Origin: an uncultured Christensenellaceae bacterium
Lineage (GTDB): Bacteria; Bacillota; Clostridia; Christensenellales; UBA3700
Direction of reading: 5' to 3'
Assembly: GCA_944381325.1 (NCBI GenBank)
Contig: CALWKS010000002.1
Location: forward strand, 188,949 to 252,948
DNA: 64,000 nucleotides
Position numbers and translations under genes: made by a program. Of this stretch, positions 60,102 through 64,000 are shown one piece after another. Under the pieces are notes generated by a model. The model was not told the DNA's origin, searched no databases, and saw only the letters and a program-made list of their open reading frames with translations. The first letter of the stretch is position 1. The number at the start of each line of letters is the position of its first letter.

Positions 60102-60746
60102 TTATCCGAAGCAAAGTTCGCCTTCACTCACGCTTCTTCCGCCGAAATCTACGTTGCTTCTGTCAAGGTTGATACAGCGGTAAAAACACATTCTTCCCAT
60201 CGAGAGCGCCCCTCCGCCCGATACGAAAGTTACGCTTTTAAGGCTGTCGCAGAAAGCGAAAGAATAGTCGGCAATGCTCTCAACGCTTGACGGGATCTCC
60301 AGTTTTTCAACAAGTCTGAGACCGTCGTACTGTTCTACAGTGCCCATTGCGATCGCTTTGACGGGTATTTCGACAGACTGCCCCGCGTTGTTTTTCACCT
60401 TTACGGCAGGAGGGATTTTAAGCGTGGTAAGTATGCCGTTGTAGCCTTTGACAGTCGCAGACACCGCTCCCGTTATGTCGGTATCCCCAGCGTCGAAAGC
60501 CGAAAAATCTTCTCCTTCCATGCCCTTTTGTCTGTATTCTGCAACAACAGAATTGCCGTCTCCGAGGTCAATTTCCAGGACGAGATATCTGAAAGAAGGG
60601 TCTTCCCATTCTCCCGTTTCGGTCGTTGCAGGCGTAGAGCCTCCGTCCGAAGTCGTCCACACGGCATAGGCAGCCGCCGTGATGCCCGCAATGAGCAGCA
60701 CGCAAACGACCATAAATACCGTTAATCTCGCAAACTGACCTTTCAC
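60102..60746 (-). CDS. Secreted protein with a SipW-class signal peptide and BspA-type LRR
   Basis: GITAAAYAVWT cleavage-like motif; LEIPSSVESIADYSFAFCDSLKSVTF LRR; probable GTG start at 60746 after AAAGGAG. Confidence 0.7.
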   Translation of the reverse strand: MKGQFARLTVFMVVCVLLIAGITAAAYAVWTTSDGGSTPATTETGEWEDPSFRYLVLEIDLGDGNSVVAEYRQKGMEGEDFSAFDAGDTDITGAVSATVKGYNGILTTLKIPPAVKVKNNAGQSVEIPVKAIAMGTVEQYDGLRLVEKLEIPSSVESIADYSFAFCDSLKSVTFVSGGGALSMGRMCFYRCINLDRSNVDFGGRSVSEGELCFG

Positions 60747-60816
60747 TTTATCTCCTTTCCCGCACACTGCTTTTGCGCAGTTCATTGCTTATAAACAAAC
60801 TTTTTTACGGCTTTTC

Positions 60817-61668
60817 TCAGACGTAATCCGCCGCCGCTACTATCTCGAACTTAAATCCCGACGCCTTGAAATTGTCGTTGCTGAACGGGAAAGTCCTGGC
60901 GTATCCTTCGTCCGAATAAGTTATCCTGATGCATATCGGGTTTGCCTTGCCGTATATATAATCCGACACGACTTCGCTCTGTCCCGACGGCAGATTGGGG
61001 CCGTATGTATAATGCAGTCCGTTGCCTTCCTTCGCAAATGTGCCGTAAGCGTAAGGCGGCGTTTCTGTAGTTATCTTTGCATACTCAAGCGTAAAGAACT
61101 TATCCAGATTGACTTTATCCAGCTTTATATATCTTACCTTGCCGTTCAACGTGCCGTCTGTCGTATAGATAAACGCTGTGCTGCCGTCCTCTGGCTCTGT
61201 AAATATCTCGTTCACCTCTCCGCCGTTTTCAACGGTTTCCACCTTGCCTATATGCGATTTCTGCGGGTCGTATCCGTCGAACAGAGAAATTATGCTGTCC
61301 ATAGTCTTGCCGGCACTCAGCATATAGAAAGTATCGGATACCTCTATCAACAGAGATGTAAATTCAAACCTCAGACTTAAATCTCTGTCGCCCTGAAGCA
61401 ACATCTTGGTGTGATAATAAGCCTGATAAGCTCTGTCGTCGTCGGTATAAGGCACTCCGTTTTCGTCATAGCCTTTCTGCCCGTTGTACTTTTCGTTCAC
61501 AAGCGCGCCGCTTTCGTCGTCAAAAACGACTTTTATGTAAGTTCCTGCCTGAAGGACTGCCGAGCTGCGCGTTTCTGTAGAAGCGGAAAACCAGGCAAAA
61601 GTCAGCGCCAGCATACAGAATACCAGCACGAGCATAAGCACGGGCAATAATACTTTTGCGCTCTTCAT
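60817..61668 (-). CDS. Secreted protein with a SipW-class signal peptide (TasA/BsaA-like)
   Basis: hydrophobic-ALTFAWFS..T....LQAG motif; C-terminal FKFEIVAAA strand; AGGAGGGG RBS. Confidence 0.72.
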   Translation of the reverse strand: MKSAKVLLPVLMLVLVFCMLALTFAWFSASTETRSSAVLQAGTYIKVVFDDESGALVNEKYNGQKGYDENGVPYTDDDRAYQAYYHTKMLLQGDRDLSLRFEFTSLLIEVSDTFYMLSAGKTMDSIISLFDGYDPQKSHIGKVETVENGGEVNEIFTEPEDGSTAFIYTTDGTLNGKVRYIKLDKVNLDKFFTLEYAKITTETPPYAYGTFAKEGNGLHYTYGPNLPSGQSEVVSDYIYGKANPICIRITYSDEGYARTFPFSNDNFKASGFKFEIVAAADYV

Positions 61669-61686
61669 TGCCGCTTCCCCTCCTTA

Positions 61687-62448
61687 TCAGTCTTCAGTGT
61701 GAGAACCGTCTTTTGTTTCTCCGCCCTTGTTTTTCAGATATTCTTCTACGGCTTCTTTTTTAAGCCGCTCTATCTTTTCATTGTCGTCTTCGTCGCTTTC
61801 AGGCTTTGCTTGCATGGTGCTTTCAAGCTCTTTCTGCTTTTTACTTTTTGCGCTTGCTATTGCAAAAACAGCAATCTGCCACACACCTATGGCAATCAAA
61901 GGCAGGACTATTATCAGCAAAAATCCCGTCTTGCTTCTCAGCACGTTCTGCAAGCCTGCCAAAGCCTCGCTTTTGCCCAGCACTCTGCCCGTAACGTTAT
62001 CTAGCGGCACGGGCGTTTCGTCTGCCGTTTCTGCGGCGTCACCCTTAGTGCGTACGTACCATCTGCCGTCGCTTCCTTCATAAGGCGCAACTACTATTCT
62101 GTGAGTTACCGTGTACCCTTCCACAGCTCCGAAGCCTTCGGGTGCGGTAAACGTGATAACGTCGCCTTCTTTAAGCTGAGACGGGTCGTCGTACAGCTTT
62201 TCCGGGTCGACGACTTTTACTATTATCACGTCGCCTTTGTCGTATGTGCCCGTCATGCTTTCGGTTACCACGACAAAAGAACGGTATCCGAAAAGCGTAG
62301 GCTCTTTGCCTGAAAAATACTGTGCCATAACAGTTACGAGACAGCCGAACACAAACAAGAATACTGCCGTAACGATTATATTTATAATCAACACGGGTAT
62401 GGAAATTTTTTTCTTTTTCTCAGTCTTCTCCATTGCTGTCGTCATCAC
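61687..62448 (-). CDS. sipW: Signal peptidase I, S26B (SipW/archaeal type)
   Basis: VVVTESM (catalytic Ser), GDVITF, VTHRIV (His), TKGD...D..PV...V.GRV; N- and C-terminal TM. Confidence 0.88.
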   Translation of the reverse strand: MMTTAMEKTEKKKKISIPVLIINIIVTAVFLFVFGCLVTVMAQYFSGKEPTLFGYRSFVVVTESMTGTYDKGDVIIVKVVDPEKLYDDPSQLKEGDVITFTAPEGFGAVEGYTVTHRIVVAPYEGSDGRWYVRTKGDAAETADETPVPLDNVTGRVLGKSEALAGLQNVLRSKTGFLLIIVLPLIAIGVWQIAVFAIASAKSKKQKELESTMQAKPESDEDDNEKIERLKKEAVEEYLKNKGGETKDGSHTED

Positions 62449-64000
62449 CTTTCAGGCTATTGTCTTCGCTCTTTAAAGAAGAGTCTGCGTTTTCATTTTT
62501 ACTAGCATTTTCCGCATTCCGGTCTGTGTTTCCGTCAACGGTCAGCGCGCTGTCCGCTGCGTTTTCATCGGAATTTTCTTGCGCTTTCAGTTCTTCCGTC
62601 TTAGCCGTATCTTCAGCTATTTCGACTGTAGTCTGCATATCTTTATTCTCTTCTACGTTGTCCGTGTTTTCGTTAAGCGCGGCAAGCATAGGCGTTACTG
62701 AAAGGTCTTCCACCTCTCCCAGGTCTTCCTGCGACGCTTCGTCAACCGCGATCTCCTGCATAGATTCCTGCTTCAGGCGCATTTCTTCCTCAAGCTTTTC
62801 AAGGCGCTTTCTATCGCGTTCACGCTGTTTTTCAAGCGACGCGCGCTCTTTTTCCGCAATCTTTTCCTTTTTGGCAAGAGAACGCTCGAGTGCGAGTTTT
62901 TCCTTTTCCATTTCTTTAAGCATCTTCTCTTTCTCGATCTCGTTCTGACGATATTGTATCTTTGCGATATCCGATTTCTTCTTTGCGCGCAATGTGCTTT
63001 CGTTCAGAAGCACGCGGTCGATAGCCTTGTTGATGCGCGCAAGCTGCGCCTTGTCCACCTTGCCTTCTGTCTGCTGGAACAGGTTGCGAAGCTCTGCGAC
63101 GCCGAATTCGTCCGGAAGTTCTCCGTCCTCTTCCTCGTCTTTGTTTTCCTCTTCCTGAGGCGGCTGTTCTTCTTCCGCCTCTCCTTCTGTATCTTCGGGA
63201 GAAGGAGTTTCCACCGCTTCGGGAGTCGGCGTCTCCTGAGGCTCTTCCTTTTCCACCTCTTTTTCTTTCTCCGCTTCCTCTTTCTCCTGCTCGGTCATAT
63301 TGGATTCGTCGAAGAACAACGCGTCTTCCACCTTTGCGTTGACGAGTCCTTCCATAAGAGAGTTGCAGATAAACATCATATCGCCTACGGCCGTTTCAAC
63401 GCCTTCGTCGACAGGCATTTTTTCGCTTACATTTTCGACAGAAAAGCCCATCTTTGAATAGCTTTCAATAAACTGCCACAGCACGAGAGCTTTCTTGAAG
63501 TCAGGGTTTTTCAGTATTACGTTGGTACGCGTGATAGGCGGTCTTACAGGCGCGCTGTTCACCATCTGCTTTGCAAACGGAGACGATAAGAAGTCTGAGA
63601 TAATGCGCTGAAGCTTGGTTACGCGCTCAACTATCTTCAGATCCGCACCCTGAATTTCCTCCTCAACGTCAGACGGGACAGAGCCTATAAGTTCCAGATT
63701 GTAGAATACACGCGTTTTGCCCATATAGAAATTGGCGTCGACGTCAAGCTCTAAGATATTGTCGTTTACGTACGCCTTCTTTATTGCGTCCATACGGCGC
63801 GCAACGAAGTTGGAAAGATTCTTCAAAAGCGTATAAATAAAGCGGTTTTCGTATATCTCGAAGCTCTCTTCTTTTGTCGTGTTCAATATCTTGTTGGGCG
63901 TAACGTTGCCCTCTTTGTCCACGCTTGCGATCATATTGGTATGCTGAGCAAGATGCTTTACCGACTCGGTCGAAATTGCGCGTGCAAGAGAGATATCCAC
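62420..64000 (-). CDS. DUF2357-like protein (5' partial) with an acidic/coiled-coil C-terminus
   Basis: ESVKHLAQHT, PNKILN..KEES..IYENRFIYTLL and VRPPITRTNVILKNPDFK.A..LW motifs; start lies outside the window; 3' end overlaps the sipW start. Confidence 0.7.
   Translation of the reverse strand: MDISLARAISTESVKHLAQHTNMIASVDKEGNVTPNKILNTTKEESFEIYENRFIYTLLKNLSNFVARRMDAIKKAYVNDNILELDVDANFYMGKTRVFYNLELIGSVPSDVEEEIQGADLKIVERVTKLQRIISDFLSSPFAKQMVNSAPVRPPITRTNVILKNPDFKKALVLWQFIESYSKMGFSVENVSEKMPVDEGVETAVGDMMFICNSLMEGLVNAKVEDALFFDESNMTEQEKEEAEKEKEVEKEEPQETPTPEAVETPSPEDTEGEAEEEQPPQEEENKDEEEDGELPDEFGVAELRNLFQQTEGKVDKAQLARINKAIDRVLLNESTLRAKKKSDIAKIQYRQNEIEKEKMLKEMEKEKLALERSLAKKEKIAEKERASLEKQRERDRKRLEKLEEEMRLKQESMQEIAVDEASQEDLGEVEDLSVTPMLAALNENTDNVEENKDMQTTVEIAEDTAKTEELKAQENSDENAADSALTVDGNTDRNAENASKNENADSSLKSEDNSLKGDDDSNGED

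Noticed and set aside
1-64000. CRISPR array, IS/integrase, prophage, DGR or retron
   Set aside because: No spaced direct repeats, transposase, recombinase, phage structural gene or reverse transcriptase motif seen; repeats in the large proteins are diverged protein-level repeats.

Overview
Chromosomal window from a low-GC Gram-positive, spo0A-bearing clostridial bacterium (inferred gut or rumen Clostridia). Ordinary content includes tRNA-Ser(GGA), an ArsB/CitMHS-type permease, a nitroreductase, an O-antigen ligase-like protein, a GNAT, MarR with a heterodimeric ABC exporter, oadB/oadG, maa, luxS, an aromatic amino-acid-type ABC importer, Mrp, an XRE regulator and spo0A. No integrase, transposase, reverse transcriptase or CRISPR array was seen. 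Two loci stand out. (1) A self-contained two-gene operon (3139-9265) pairs a channel-like membrane protein (TM/pore + TrkA/RCK-like + RyR-like domain) with a soluble fusion of a ClpA/B-type AAA+, a receiver-like domain, an FtsH-type AAA+ and an M41 Zn protease. (2) A locus of more than 27 kb (36722-64000) links a DUF2357-like protein lacking an evident nuclease to a SipW-type signal peptidase, three SipW-class/TasA-like proteins, an orphan VbhA-like antitoxin and a 7393-aa GLUG/YDG-type giant surface protein. Also found: a yybP-ykoY-type riboswitch ahead of oadB-oadG, a probable ~190-nt standalone structured RNA, recurrent (GC)n tracts in sigma-A promoters, a Zn-finger/acidic protein with a homologous domain at the window edge, and an AT-rich patch starting inside an ABC ATPase gene. 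All domain calls come from motif recognition by eye, not from database searches.
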